Positions 35,220 through 46,147 of a stretch of DNA of 64,000 nucleotides are shown here, one piece after another; position 1 is the stretch's first letter, and each line of letters starts with the position of its first letter. Under the pieces are notes generated by a model. The model did no database searches. It was not told the DNA's origin and worked only from the letters and a program-made list of their open reading frames with translations. Source of the DNA: Vulcanimicrobiota bacterium. GTDB lineage: Bacteria; Vulcanimicrobiota; Vulcanimicrobiia; Vulcanimicrobiales; Vulcanimicrobiaceae. Location: the NCBI GenBank assembly GCA_963795855.1, contig CAWCIZ010000003.1, positions 192,001 through 256,000 on the forward strand, given 5' to 3'. The position numbers and the translations under genes were made by a program.

Positions 35220-35998
35220 TGACGCAGGCGTTCGCCGGCGTAGTCTTCTCAGCGGTCGTTGCGCTTGCGGCGTGGCGCCTGCGCGCGCTCACCGCAAGCG
35301 GCGCGCTTGCGGCGTGGATCGTCGGCGCGTGCGTCTTCGCATCCGGAGGTTGGGCGTACGCGGCGATACTGTTCGCGTTTTTTCTGCCGTCGACGCTTCT
35401 CTCGCGGCTGGGGCGCGCGCGAAAGCGCACGTTGATCGACATCGGGAAACACGGCGCGCGCGATGCGGGGCAAGTCGTCGCGAACGGCGGCGTTGCGGCG
35501 CTTTGCGCGGTTCTTGCGGCAACGGCGCACGCCAAACCGATTGCCGCGGCATTCGCCGGCGCGTTCGCCGCAGCTTCGGCGGATACATGGGGTACGGAAC
35601 TCGGCACGCTCGCCCGCATGCCGCCGCGTTCCATCTTGACGATGCGAAGGCTCGCCCCGGGGATCTCGGGCGGCATCACGCCGGCCGGAACGCTCGCGGA
35701 AGCCGCGGGAGCGTGCGTTGTAGCGCTTACGGCGTGGGCGCTCGGCGCCGGCATTTGGTGGCCGATTGCGGTGGGCGGTTTCGTGGGCGCGCTTGCGGAT
35801 TCGCTGCTCGGTGCGAGCGCGCAAGCGCTGCGCTACTGCCCGAGATGCGAACGCGACTGTGAGATCGATCCGCACGTGTGCGGTGCTCGCACCAGGCTGC
35901 GGCGAGGCGCAGCCTGGATGACGAACGATGCGGTCAACGCCTGCGCGACGGCGATAGGTGCCGTTACCGCGGGATGGATCGCAATCGCGATGCGCTAA
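35219..35998 (+). CDS. DUF92 (TMEM19-like) membrane protein with CxxC...HxC motif
   Basis: RDAGQVVANGG, ADTWGTELG, PG.SGGIT..G, DSLLGA..Q, YCPRC...HVCG, NDAVN. Confidence 0.88.
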   Translation: MTQAFAGVVFSAVVALAAWRLRALTASGALAAWIVGACVFASGGWAYAAILFAFFLPSTLLSRLGRARKRTLIDIGKHGARDAGQVVANGGVAALCAVLAATAHAKPIAAAFAGAFAAASADTWGTELGTLARMPPRSILTMRRLAPGISGGITPAGTLAEAAGACVVALTAWALGAGIWWPIAVGGFVGALADSLLGASAQALRYCPRCERDCEIDPHVCGARTRLRRGAAWMTNDAVNACATAIGAVTAGWIAIAMR

Positions 35999-36255
35999 GG
36001 CGTTCTGGCTTTTCCGTACGTCTTTTCCAGATATGCGACGATGGCGTCGTCATCGTCGGCGATCGTGACGTCCCCGTCGACCATGACCGGAATTCCGGTT
36101 TGGCCGGAGATTTCTTTAACGTTGGTGCGCTCCGAATGGCTGCGAGGCACGTTGACGCATTTGTAGTCCAGCAGCAACTCCGTGAGAGCCTGCCGCACGT
36201 GAGCGCAGTACGGGCACCACTCGGCTTGGTAAAGGACGATCTTCGTGTCTCGCAA
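35995..36255 (-). CDS. Glutaredoxin-like protein
   Basis: CPYC, SGQTGIPVMVDG; AGGAG SD, TTG start. Confidence 0.85.
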   Translation of the reverse strand: MRDTKIVLYQAEWCPYCAHVRQALTELLLDYKCVNVPRSHSERTNVKEISGQTGIPVMVDGDVTIADDDDAIVAYLEKTYGKARTP

Positions 36256-36333
36256 GTTTCTTCTCCTGATTGCGGTTTAGGGGGGCGCGTCACGGGCGCC
36301 GTGGTAGTCTCGTTGTGCAGGAAGAAGCGGACG

Positions 36334-37086
36334 ATGGCTGAGCGGACATGGGACGGTAACCGGCTGTTGTGGCGGGCGCTCGCAGCGTCGCTGGGACTGC
36401 ACATGCTTCTGGCGCTGTTCCTTCCCGTATGGACGGCGCAGGTCTCGGGAGGGTTGCAGCCCGTTGAAGCGGTGTCGTTCGCCCACGTGGCTCGCGTGCA
36501 GATCCAGCGCCCTTCTGCTAAGTCGTTGCCCGCAGCGGTGCCGCGCACGTTGCGTCGCGCACGCAGCGTCTCTTTTGCGCGAAGCAAAGCCGAGCTGACG
36601 GCTCGGTCCCGCAAACCCATCGCGCGTCCTACCGCGGAGAATGGCCCGACTGGGAGCCTGGCCGCCGCACCCAAACTCGTCAGCGCGCGAAATGCGCCGC
36701 TGTACGCTCGCCCGGCCGCCCCGGCCGAAGTTGCCGCTCAGCAGGCGCCTCCGGCGCCCTCGCCGCAGCCCGCGGCTAGTCAAGCCGATCGGGCGGTGAG
36801 CGGGGCCGGCACCAGCGATCGCGGCGGCGTCCTTCCGCTCGGCGCGGCGCAAGATCCGGTTCTGGATCCGAGCGTGCGAGCGCAAGCTGAAAAGCGCTTT
36901 GCCGTGCACGTAACGCTCATCGTTACCGTCGGTGAAGACGGGCACACGAAGAGCGTCGCGTTCCAACCCCCGATCGACGCGGACACCGAGCACGCGATCG
37001 AAGCACTGCTCGCGGATGCGAATTGGGACGCCGCCGTATGCGGCGGCGGCGTGAGCTGCGAAGGCACGGCCACGATCAAACTGTAG
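36334..37086 (+). CDS. TonB-like protein (TM anchor, Pro/Ala linker, TonB-C-like domain)
   Basis: AASLGLH (SxxxH) TM motif, Pro/Ala-rich linker, VTVGEDG...W.AA C-terminal domain. Confidence 0.5.
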   Translation: MAERTWDGNRLLWRALAASLGLHMLLALFLPVWTAQVSGGLQPVEAVSFAHVARVQIQRPSAKSLPAAVPRTLRRARSVSFARSKAELTARSRKPIARPTAENGPTGSLAAAPKLVSARNAPLYARPAAPAEVAAQQAPPAPSPQPAASQADRAVSGAGTSDRGGVLPLGAAQDPVLDPSVRAQAEKRFAVHVTLIVTVGEDGHTKSVAFQPPIDADTEHAIEALLADANWDAAVCGGGVSCEGTATIKL

Positions 37087-37100
37087 CCGCTTCGGCTACA
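37082..37100. terminator. Small hairpin containing both stop codons of the convergent genes
   Basis: TGTAGCCG-CTT-CGGCTACA, 8-bp stem. Confidence 0.4.
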
Positions 37101-37988
37101 AAATCGATTTACCGAGCCCGGAGCAAATCAATCCGACGGCGAGCGTTCCGGTTTGATTGCGCGTGTCCAGAATCGGATTGATTTCAACCATTTCGATGGA
37201 TCCGAGTTGACCCGACTCCGCGAGCATTTCCATCGCCAAGTGCGCTTCGCGAAAACTCAAGCCGCCTTTTACCGGCGTTCCCGTTCCCGGCGCTTCGCTC
37301 GGATCGATGCCGTCCATGTCGAATGACATGTGAATCGCATGCCCTTCCGCGCCGGCGATGCTTATCGCGTGCTCCATGACATGCGTCATGCCCAAACGAT
37401 CGACGTCGCTCATCGTGAACGCCGCAACGCCCGACGCGCGCAAATGCGCCTTCTCCGACGGATCGATGTCACGCAAACCGATTTGCACGGTGCGCTTCGG
37501 ATCCGCGTATCCCCTCTGCAGCGCGAACCAGAGCGGCATGCCGTGCACGTTGCCGGAGGGCGAGTGTCGGGACTATTGATGTCGCTGTGCGCATCGACCC
37601 AAACAAGCCCGGCCGCTTCTCCTCGCGCTCGTTTGAGCCCCGCGAGGGTCCCCATCGCGATGGAATGATCGCCGCCGAGCACGATGGGAAAGCCTTGGCT
37701 GTTGACGATGTGTTCGACTTCGGTTGCAAGCTGCTCGCAGACCTGATCGATGATGTCGAAATACTTCGCGTGCTGATCGCCTTGGCTGAATTCCTCACGC
37801 TGCGGTACCTGCAGGTTGCCGTGATCGTAAATCTCGGGCACGTTCAAGCGCTGCAAACGGTCGTTCAGGCGGGCGTAGCGGACGGCGTACGGCCCCATGT
37901 CCACGCCGCGCCGGCTGGCGCCGAGGTCCATCGGTACGCCGATGATGTCGACGCGCTGGATTTGTCGTGGAGAAGCGGCTGTGCTCAC
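37096..37988 (-). CDS. rocF: Arginase (indel near 37560)
   Basis: [60 protein letters not shown]. Confidence 0.92.
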
Positions 37989-39644
37989 GGTGCCGCAGGC
38001 TTCTTCAGCGCTGTCTCGCGGGTCCTTGGTGAGCACCGGTTTGGCTTCGTCGCGGCTTACGGAGCCCGGAATCACGTGCAGCAGGAGCACCCGGATGATC
38101 CCCGCCACGGGCACCGCGATGAACATGCCGATGACGCCGTACAGTTCGCCGCCGATGAGAATGGCCACGACGACCGCGGAGGGACTGAGCTGGATCGTGC
38201 GGCTGACGATGTTGGGGGCGATGATGTGCCCTTCGGCTTGATTCGCGACCACGAACACGATGAGCACTTTGAGCGCGAGCGGGAATCCGCCCGCGATGAA
38301 CGCGATGACGAGCGCGGGAATCGCGGCAATCACCGGCCCGATGTACGGAATGAGATCGAGCGCGCCCGCGATCGCGCCGATCAGAATCGCGTACGGCTCG
38401 CCGATGAGAGTCAACCCGATCGCGATGAGTGTTCCGACCGACAAACCGACGAGCAGCTGACCGCGAATGAAGCCGCCGATGACTTTCTCGAGCTCGCCGA
38501 GGAGCGTCAGCGTTCCCTCGCGCCGGCGCGCGGGGATGAATCCCATGAAGAAGCGCTTGATGGTTTCCGAATCGTAGAGCAGGTAGGCTCCGAGGACGGG
38601 TATTGCGACGCACGCGCCGATGAATGCAGCCGTTCCGATCACGACCATCACCGCATTGCCCGCTGCCGCCGTGCCGTGCGAGTGCAGCCACGTCACGATC
38701 TGTCGCGGCGCGGACGCCAGTTGATCGCGCACGAACTTCGGCGCGTGCTTGAGCAGCTCGTTGTTCGGATTCTGAACCCACGCGACGATCTTGCTTTGAA
38801 TCGACGGCCAGTCGCGCACGAGCGTCGTGATTTCGTTCGTCACTGCCGGGATGAGATAGATCAAACCAAAGACGATGAGTCCCGCGATGACCGCATAGAC
38901 GAGCAGAATCGAGACGATGAGGGGGAGTCTTCCGTTGAGCCACTTCACGATCGGATAGACGAGATACGCGAAGAAAATCGCGCCGATGATGATGAGAAAG
39001 ATGATGCCGATGCGTTCCACGAAGCGGATCAACGTCTCGAAGATCAAAAACACGAGCACGATCGAAAACAGAATCTTCCAGGTGTAATCCAGCGTGCTTG
39101 GCGTGAACCACGTGTACGGTTCTTCTTCCGCGCCGCGCGCCGCGTCGTTTCTGACGCTTTCGTGCTGCGCGTCGACTTCCAACCCGATCAGCGAACCGCG
39201 TGCCGGCCAGCGGTAACGTATCCAGTGCACCAGCAAACCGTATGCAAACCGGATGATGCCGCGTATGGCTTGCAGCGGTCCGCCGTAATACCCGTCGTCG
39301 AGATCGATGAGGAAGAGAAACGTTCGGCGCCGCGGCAGATGCTCGCTCCAGCGCCGCGCCAATTGCATGCCGTCGGCGCAGCATTCTTCGAGCAGTTGCA
39401 CGACGCGCTCGTCATCGTTCCCGGACTCACGGACGATGCGCGTGAAGTCCTTATACGAAATGCCGAGGGCGCGCAGCAAACTGCGATCCATGGGGCTTTG
39501 CCCATAGAGATAATCTCCCAGGGACCCTTTCATGGCGGCGCGCGCCTTGTCGATCATGCGCGGCAGCCAGCGGACTCCCCCAAGTTCCTCCGACCAACGG
39601 CGCGGGGGCGCGGTGCGAAGGTCGAGGGCTTGCAGCTCTGGCAC
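37985..39644 (-). CDS. DUF5069-like domain fused to AI-2E (PerM) family transporter
   Basis: N-terminal LDL...PPRRW...LGG..WLPRMIDKARA...G.LG.Y..G.SP.D; C-terminal AYL..P.V, GFIRGQL, IPYIGP, QAEG.II.P, L.P. Confidence 0.75.
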
Positions 39645-39700
39645 GTCGACTTCTTACCCCGGCGAAGGCTTCCCTGACCGCCGTTTCGTACAGTTGGCCG

Positions 39701-40723
39701 ATGAGCTGCAGCGCGGCGGTTAGACTGCTCGCCGCGGCCGCTTGCGCACTCGCGCTCGCCGGCTGCGTTCGTTCTCATCCCCACCCGCGCCCGGGACAGC
39801 TCACGCTCGCAATGGTTACGGACGTGGGCGGGCTGGGCGACAAGTCGTTCAACGACTCCGCCTATCGCGGACTGCTTCGCTCGCAAAGCGGTCTGTCCGC
39901 GTACATCAAGGTGCTGCAATCCAAATCCGCGGCGGATTATCAGCCGAACTTGACCGTGCTCAGCGAAGCGCGGTTCGGCATGATCTACGCCATCGGTTTC
40001 CTGATGAGCGACGATCTCGGTCAGGTTGCCAAACAGTTTCCCGAGCAGCAATACGCGATCATCGACGCGGTCGTTCCCGACCCGAACGTCGTGTCGGTAA
40101 CGTTCAAAGAAGAAGACGGATCGTTTCTCGCGGGCGCGCTCGCCGCAATGGTGAGCAAAACGCACCACGTCGCGTTCATCGGCGGTCAGGACATTCCGCT
40201 CATCCGCAAATTCGAAGCGGGCTTTGTGGCAGGCGTTCGCGAGATCGATCCTTCCGCGCGAGTCGACGTGAAGTACGCCGGTTCGTTCGACGACGTGCCG
40301 GCCGGCAAAGAGCTGGCGAATCTGCTGTTCAACGACGGTGCGGACATCATTTATACCGCGGCCGGCAAGGTCGGCCTGGGCGCGATCGACGCGGCGCGCT
40401 CGCGACCGGCGGGTTATTACATCATCGGCGTCGACAACGACCAGGATGCGCTCGCGCCTGGAAAAATCTTGACGTCGATGGTGAAACACGTCGACGTCGC
40501 GGTCTACGACATCGCCAAGGGCATACAGGACCGCCAGCCGCTGCACGGACACGTCGTCCTCGGCTTGAAAGACGGCGGCATATCGCTGACGGATTTCCGC
40601 TACACGCGTACGGCGGTCACGCGAAGCGACATGGAGCGTTTGAAAACCCTGCAGAATGCAATCGTAGCGGGGCGCATTACCGTACCCAATACCCGCGAGG
40701 CGCTGGCGACGTGGAAGCCTTAA
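39701..40723 (+). CDS. BMP family ABC transporter substrate-binding lipoprotein (nucleoside-type)
   Basis: LAGC lipobox, GGLGDKSFNDSA, F.EE.GSFLAG, IIGVD.DQ, TSMVK.VD. Confidence 0.92.
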   Translation: MSCSAAVRLLAAAACALALAGCVRSHPHPRPGQLTLAMVTDVGGLGDKSFNDSAYRGLLRSQSGLSAYIKVLQSKSAADYQPNLTVLSEARFGMIYAIGFLMSDDLGQVAKQFPEQQYAIIDAVVPDPNVVSVTFKEEDGSFLAGALAAMVSKTHHVAFIGGQDIPLIRKFEAGFVAGVREIDPSARVDVKYAGSFDDVPAGKELANLLFNDGADIIYTAAGKVGLGAIDAARSRPAGYYIIGVDNDQDALAPGKILTSMVKHVDVAVYDIAKGIQDRQPLHGHVVLGLKDGGISLTDFRYTRTAVTRSDMERLKTLQNAIVAGRITVPNTREALATWKP

Positions 40724-42130
40724 CGCTGCGCGGTATCGTGAAAACGTTTCCGGGCGTGCGTGCGGTGGACGGCGTCGATCTCGACCTCGCTGCCGGGGAA
40801 ATTCATGCGCTCGTCGGTGAGAACGGCGCGGGGAAGTCCACGCTTGCGAACATTGCGTTCGGCGCGCTTCGGCCCGACGAAGGGACCGTCACGGCAGCGG
40901 GAACCGTCGGACTCGTGCATCAGCATTTCGAACTGGTCGGGCGATTGTCGGTCTGGGAAAACGTGCTGCTGGGACGCGAACCGCGACGCGGCTGGCGCAT
41001 CGACGCGCGCGCGGCCCGGAACCGCGTGCAGGAGTTGGCGGTTCGCAACGGGCTGGACGTCGATCCGGAAGCGTTGGTCGACGAGTTGCCGGTCGGCGTG
41101 CAGCAGCGCGTCGAACTGCTGCGCGAACTGGAACGCGAGCCGGCCGTGCTGCTCCTGGACGAGCCGACTGCCGCACTTGCGCCGGTGGAGATCGACGAGT
41201 TTTTCAAAACGATCGGCGCGCTCGCCGAGCGCGGCACCGCGATTCTCATCGTCACGCATAAATTGCAGGAAGTGATCGCATACAGCAAACGGGTGAGCGT
41301 CATGCGGCACGGTAAGATCGTCGGGCACTTCGACACGGCATCGACGAGCGTCGCGGAAATTGCGCGCGCGATGGTAGGTGGAGAGTTGCCGAACGTCGCG
41401 CAACGCGAACGCGTGGAACGGCGCGCCTGCTTTCGCATGGAAGGCGTGAGCTCCGGAAAAGGCAGCACCGCAATCCGCAACATTTCGTTCGACGTGCGCG
41501 CCGGTGAAATCGTCGGCATAGCGGGGGTGGAAGGCAACGGACAAACCACGCTGGCCGATGCCATCGCCGGCATGATTCCGTACGCCGGAAAAATCGCACT
41601 CGGCGATGGAAGTGCTCGCATCGGAATAATTCCGCAGGATCGCCGCCGAGAAGCGCTCGTCCCCAAATGGTCGATCGTCGACAACGCGATTCTGGGCCGC
41701 CAGCGCGCAGCCGGCACGCGGCGAGGAATGCTCATCGACCGGCAGTCCGCGCGTAGTGATGCGCAGGCTATCGTAAAAGGCTTCGACGTGCGCGCCGCGT
41801 CGCTCGACGTTCCCGTCGACACGCTCTCCGGCGGCAATCAGCAAAAGCTCGTCGTGGGACGCGCCCTCCTGAACGATCCGCAATTCGTGCTGGCGTATCA
41901 ACCGACGCGCGGCATCGACGTCGGCGCTGCGGCGCTCGTGCAGTCGCGCCTCATCGAAGCGCGCAACGCCGGCACCGCGGTTCTGCTGATTTCGTTCGAA
42001 CTCGACGAGATTTTGGCGCTCGCCGATCGCGTGCTCGTGCTCTATCGCGGAGCAAATCGCAGGCTCGTTCGAAGGCGCAGAAATCGACCGCGGAGTCATC
42101 GGACGCTTGATGGCGGGTTCCGCGGCGTGA
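40711..42130 (+). CDS. Sugar/nucleoside ABC transporter ATPase, two NBDs (indel near 42055)
   Basis: GENGAGKSTL, LLDEPT, GVEGNGQ, LSGGNQQK, PTRGIDVGA; alternative-frame tail GRLMAGSAA*. Confidence 0.9.
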
Positions 42131-43152
42131 ACGCGTTGCGGCGCACGCTGGGCGGACCCGTCGGCGCGATACTGCTCGCGTTTTTCCTTGCCGCGTGCGC
42201 CATGCTGATCGCCGGCGTCAGTCCGGCGGACGGATTCGAAGCGCTCTTCATCGGTTCGCTCGGCGGCAAACAGCAGATCGCGGAAACGTTGGTGCAAACG
42301 ACCGCGCTGCTGTTCCCCGCACTCGGCATTTCGCTCGCGTTTCGCGCCGGTCTGTTCAATATCGGTGCCGAGGGACAACTCCTGATCGGCGGACTTGCCG
42401 CCGGCGCCGTCGGCGCGCATTTTCTTGCGCCCACGCCCGCGGCAATCGTCGTGCTGCTTGCGTGCGGATTCGTCGGGGGCGGCATTTGGGGCGGCATCGC
42501 CGGCTGGCTGCGCGCGCAATTCAACGCAAACGAAATCATCTCGACGCTCATGCTCAACTTCATCGCGCTCGCGCTCGCGAACTATTTGGTATCCGGCCCG
42601 CTAAAGAGCCCAGCTGCGGTGGGCGCGGAAACTGCGCCGCTGCCGGCAGCGTCGTGGCTGCCGCTGCTCATTCCCGATACGCGCTTGTCAATCGGGCTTG
42701 TCGTTGCGATTCTCACCGCGATCGTTTTGCGTTTGGTGTTTTCGCGCACGGTGTTCGGATACGAATTGCGCGCCGCGGGCGAAGCACCGGAAGCTGCGCG
42801 CCGCAACGGCGTCAACATGCCGCGTATGACGTGGCTTGCACTCACGTTCTCCGGCGCGATCGCGGGGCTCGGCGGCGCCACGCTCGTGACGGGCGTTCTT
42901 CACCGCTTCAACACGCAACTCTCGCCGGGTTACGGCTACACCGCAATCGCCGTCGCGCTGGTCGGCGATTTGAATCCGTTGTGGGTTTGCGTTGCGGCAT
43001 TCGGTTTCGGCATCTTGGAATCGGGAGGGCTTGCAATGCAGGCGCTCGCGGACGTTCCCAAAGATGCGATCCACGTCATCGAGGGCCTGATCATTCTCGT
43101 GCTCGCGGCGCGGCGATACATCGCGACGCGCGCGGAGGCCGCGCCGATATGA
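42127..43152 (+). CDS. ABC transporter permease 1
   Basis: FRAGLFNIGAEGQ, NEIISTLMLN, GYG..AIAVAL. Confidence 0.9.
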   Translation: MNALRRTLGGPVGAILLAFFLAACAMLIAGVSPADGFEALFIGSLGGKQQIAETLVQTTALLFPALGISLAFRAGLFNIGAEGQLLIGGLAAGAVGAHFLAPTPAAIVVLLACGFVGGGIWGGIAGWLRAQFNANEIISTLMLNFIALALANYLVSGPLKSPAAVGAETAPLPAASWLPLLIPDTRLSIGLVVAILTAIVLRLVFSRTVFGYELRAAGEAPEAARRNGVNMPRMTWLALTFSGAIAGLGGATLVTGVLHRFNTQLSPGYGYTAIAVALVGDLNPLWVCVAAFGFGILESGGLAMQALADVPKDAIHVIEGLIILVLAARRYIATRAEAAPI

Positions 43153-44045
43153 GTTCCGCCGCGCTCATCGCGATTGCAACGCTCGTTACGCTCACGCTTC
43201 TCAAAGCCACCCCCATCATCTACGCGGCGCTCGGCGGCGTCATCTCCGAGCGTTCCGGCATCGTCAACATCGGACTCGAAGGCATGATGGCCGGCGGCGC
43301 GTTTACCGCAGTCGTCTTCTCCGGTATGACGGGAAATCCGATCGTCGGTTTGCTCGCAGGCATCGGCGCCGGCGCATTGCTCGGCTTTGTCTTGGGCTTT
43401 GCATCGACCGTCTTCAAAGTCGACCAGATCGTTGCCGGAACCGGCATCAATCTCGTCGCCCTTGGAGGCGCCGCGTTCGCGCTGGTATTGCTGTACAATC
43501 AGCCGGGAGCGAGTCCGCAAGTGAACGCGCTCAACGCAGCGAGCGTTTCAATCGGGCCGATTCAACTGCATCTTTTGACGATTCTCGCGTTCGTGTGCGC
43601 GCTGCTTCTGCACGTCGCGTTGTATTACACGCGATGGGGTTTGCGCGTGCGCGCGTGCGGCGAGAATCCGCGCGCCGTGCACGACGCGGGGTTGCACCCG
43701 CTTCGCCTGCGCTTATATGCGGTCGTGCTCAGCGGCGCTTTCGCCGGAATCGGCGGCGCGTTTCTTTCGCTCGGCGAAGTGAATCTGTATTCCGACGGGA
43801 TGACGGCGGGACGCGGATTCATCGCGCTCGCCGCGGTGATCTTCGGGCGCTGGACACCGTGGGGCGCTACCGGCGCCGCGATCTTCTTCGGCTTCTTCGA
43901 AGCGTTGCAGTACGTGCTGCAGGGACGCATTGCGTGGCTCCCGAGCGACGCGCTGCAAGCGGTTCCGTACATCGCCGCGCTCGTTGCCATTGCCGGTCTC
44001 GTCGGCAAGGTTCGCGCTCCGGCCGCGGACGGGATTCCGTTCTGA
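43149..44045 (+). CDS. ABC transporter permease 2
   Basis: SERSGIVNIGLEG, GLRVRACGENP, GRGFIALAAVIFG.W, PYI. Confidence 0.9.
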   Translation: MSSAALIAIATLVTLTLLKATPIIYAALGGVISERSGIVNIGLEGMMAGGAFTAVVFSGMTGNPIVGLLAGIGAGALLGFVLGFASTVFKVDQIVAGTGINLVALGGAAFALVLLYNQPGASPQVNALNAASVSIGPIQLHLLTILAFVCALLLHVALYYTRWGLRVRACGENPRAVHDAGLHPLRLRLYAVVLSGAFAGIGGAFLSLGEVNLYSDGMTAGRGFIALAAVIFGRWTPWGATGAAIFFGFFEALQYVLQGRIAWLPSDALQAVPYIAALVAIAGLVGKVRAPAADGIPF

Positions 44046-44113
44046 GCCTTCACCCGCCCCCGAGCGCACAGGGTGAGATAAAAGTCCCACCGAATTTTGC
44101 CGAAATTAGAAGT

Positions 44114-45142
44114 ATGGCTCGCCTTGCAGCACTCTTGGCGATTCTCGCGCTCTGCGTCTCCTTCTCGGCAAAAGCGCAGGCAGAGATCGACGTTCCCGCA
44201 CCGCTCGCGCAGCTGACGGCCGAATTGGCGAGCGTACCCGGCTACGCGCCCGGCCACGTGGCGCTCGAAATCCGGGACCTGGCCACCGGCTACACCTCGG
44301 GCGTGAACGCCAATACCGTGATGCCCGCCGCCTCGACGATCAAGATCCCGATCATGGTCGAAGTCTTCCGCCAGATGGAGGCCGGCACGTTCGATTTGAA
44401 CCGCCGCGTCGCACTCGAGGCGGGCGATCGCGATTGGGGCTCGGGCGACATCTGCGACGCGCCGCTCGGAACGGAAATTCCGGTTTCCGAACTGCTCGCC
44501 AAGATGATTACGGTGAGCGACAATACCGCCGCGAACATGCTCATCCGGCTCGTCGGCCGTAAGCACATCAATGCGACGATGGCCGATCTGGGGCTGCATC
44601 ACACGCATCTCGCGGGCTACATTCGCACCGCGGAATGGAGCGTGCGCAGCACGCTGCGCACCTCGCCTGCCGACATGGTCAGCCTGCTTTCCGACATGGC
44701 AAAGCATCGTCTCATCGACGAGTGGTCCTCGAACGAGATGATCGCGATTCTGGAGCATCAGGAAATCAACACGCTTCTGCCGGTGCCGCTGCCCGCGTAC
44801 ATCCAAATTGCGCACAAGACCGGCTCGTTCGACGACACGCTCAACGACGTCGGAATCGTTTACGGACCCGAACCGTATGTCATCGCCGTCATGACGACGG
44901 ATCTGCCGTCCCTCGCGTCCGGCCGCACGTTCATCCACCGGATCTCGAGCATGGCGTACGACGACATCCAAAAGTTCGGGAAGTGGCGCGCAGCCAACGA
45001 TATGCCGACGGCTCCCCTCGACGTCACCGGCGCTGCGAGCGCCGGCGCGGCAGCACCCAGCGCCGACGGAGCTTCCGACGCGCAAGACGTGCCGATGTGG
45101 GGAACCAGCGCGGCCTCGCCTGCGCCCGCCGCTACGCCTTAA
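44114..45142 (+). CDS. Serine hydrolase, class A beta-lactamase-like fold
   Basis: Signal peptide, ASTIK (SxxK), SDN, HKTG. Confidence 0.85.
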   Translation: MARLAALLAILALCVSFSAKAQAEIDVPAPLAQLTAELASVPGYAPGHVALEIRDLATGYTSGVNANTVMPAASTIKIPIMVEVFRQMEAGTFDLNRRVALEAGDRDWGSGDICDAPLGTEIPVSELLAKMITVSDNTAANMLIRLVGRKHINATMADLGLHHTHLAGYIRTAEWSVRSTLRTSPADMVSLLSDMAKHRLIDEWSSNEMIAILEHQEINTLLPVPLPAYIQIAHKTGSFDDTLNDVGIVYGPEPYVIAVMTTDLPSLASGRTFIHRISSMAYDDIQKFGKWRAANDMPTAPLDVTGAASAGAAAPSADGASDAQDVPMWGTSAASPAPAATP

Positions 45143-46077
45143 CCGTTCGCCCCGCGTAAGTGCGCGTGAGCCAGCGTTCGTATGCGGGCTCTTTGCCGCG
45201 CACGATCCGCTCGTAAAACTCGCCCAAACGTTTCGTGATCGGTCCGATCGTCCCGTCGCCGATCGTTCGGTGATCCACCGAGCGGATATGCAGCACACCT
45301 GCAGCGGTTCCGGTGAAGAACAATTCGTCCGCGCCGTACAGTTCGCTGCGGTCGATCGAACGCTCGACGATCGGGAGATCGAACTCGTTGCGCGCGATGT
45401 CGAGAATCGAGCGGCGGGTGCAGCCTTCGAGCACGTTTTGAGACGGATCCGGCGTGTAGAGCGCACCGCGCTTGACCATGAAGATGTTCTCGGCTGAACC
45501 TTCGGACGACGTGGCCGTCGTGCGAGAGCATGATCGCCTCGTCGAATCCGTTGGCGACCGCTTCGCTCTTGGCAAGCGCGCTGTTCACGTACAGGCCGGT
45601 GATCTTCGCGCGCGGAGGCGCAGCGGAATCGTCGGCGCGCCGCCAGGAACTCGTGCCTGCTTTCAACCCTTCGGTTGCGTCCAGGTAACGCGTGAACGGG
45701 ATCGGGATGATTGCAAAGTAGTCTTCGACGTTGTGCAGACGAACGCCGACGTCTTCAGCCGCTTTGAAGATGCACGGACGAATGTAAATGTCCGTCTCGA
45801 ACCGGTTGCGCGCGCACAGATCGGCGGTTACTTCGATGAGTTCGTCGATGCCCAGCGGCAACTGCATCATCAGGATTTTGGCGGAGATCGCGAGCCGTTC
45901 GTAGTGTTCGCGGAGTTGCACGAGGAGGAGCTCGCGCTCGGCGGCGAGCCAGTAACCGCGAATGCCCTCGAAACAGCCGGTGCCGTATTGCAGTCCGTGC
46001 GTGAGCAGGCCGACCTTGGCATCCTCGTACGGGCACATCGACCCGCGAGCGTACACGGTGATCTTTGAAAGGTCCAC
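45132..46077 (-). CDS. ilvE: Branched-chain amino acid aminotransferase (indel near 45505)
   Basis: HGLQYGTGCFEGIR, YIRP, AK.TG.Y.NS, EGSAENIF, LEG.TR, FFTGTAA; AAGGAGG SD. Confidence 0.92.
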
Positions 46078-46147
46078 GATTGCGCTCTCCTCCTTGCCGA
46101 GATACCGCGAGCGGGTCTGAAAGCCCCTCTCTGCGAAAGCGGCCGCC

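Noticed and set aside
37410..39644. AI-2E transporter-arginase fusion
   Set aside because: Removing one base near 37997 gives EEAAAP* with a GTGA overlap on the arginase start
39742..43152. ABC ATPase-permease fusion (1136 aa)
   Set aside because: The conserved ATPase tail GRLMAG..* is in another frame ending at a GTGA overlap (42127-42130); indel near 42055
37587..45466. Long antisense or alternative-frame ORFs (e.g. 37587-39677, 40720-42519, 43625-45466)
   Set aside because: Shadow ORFs of real genes in high-GC DNA; Arg/Ala-rich with no motifs
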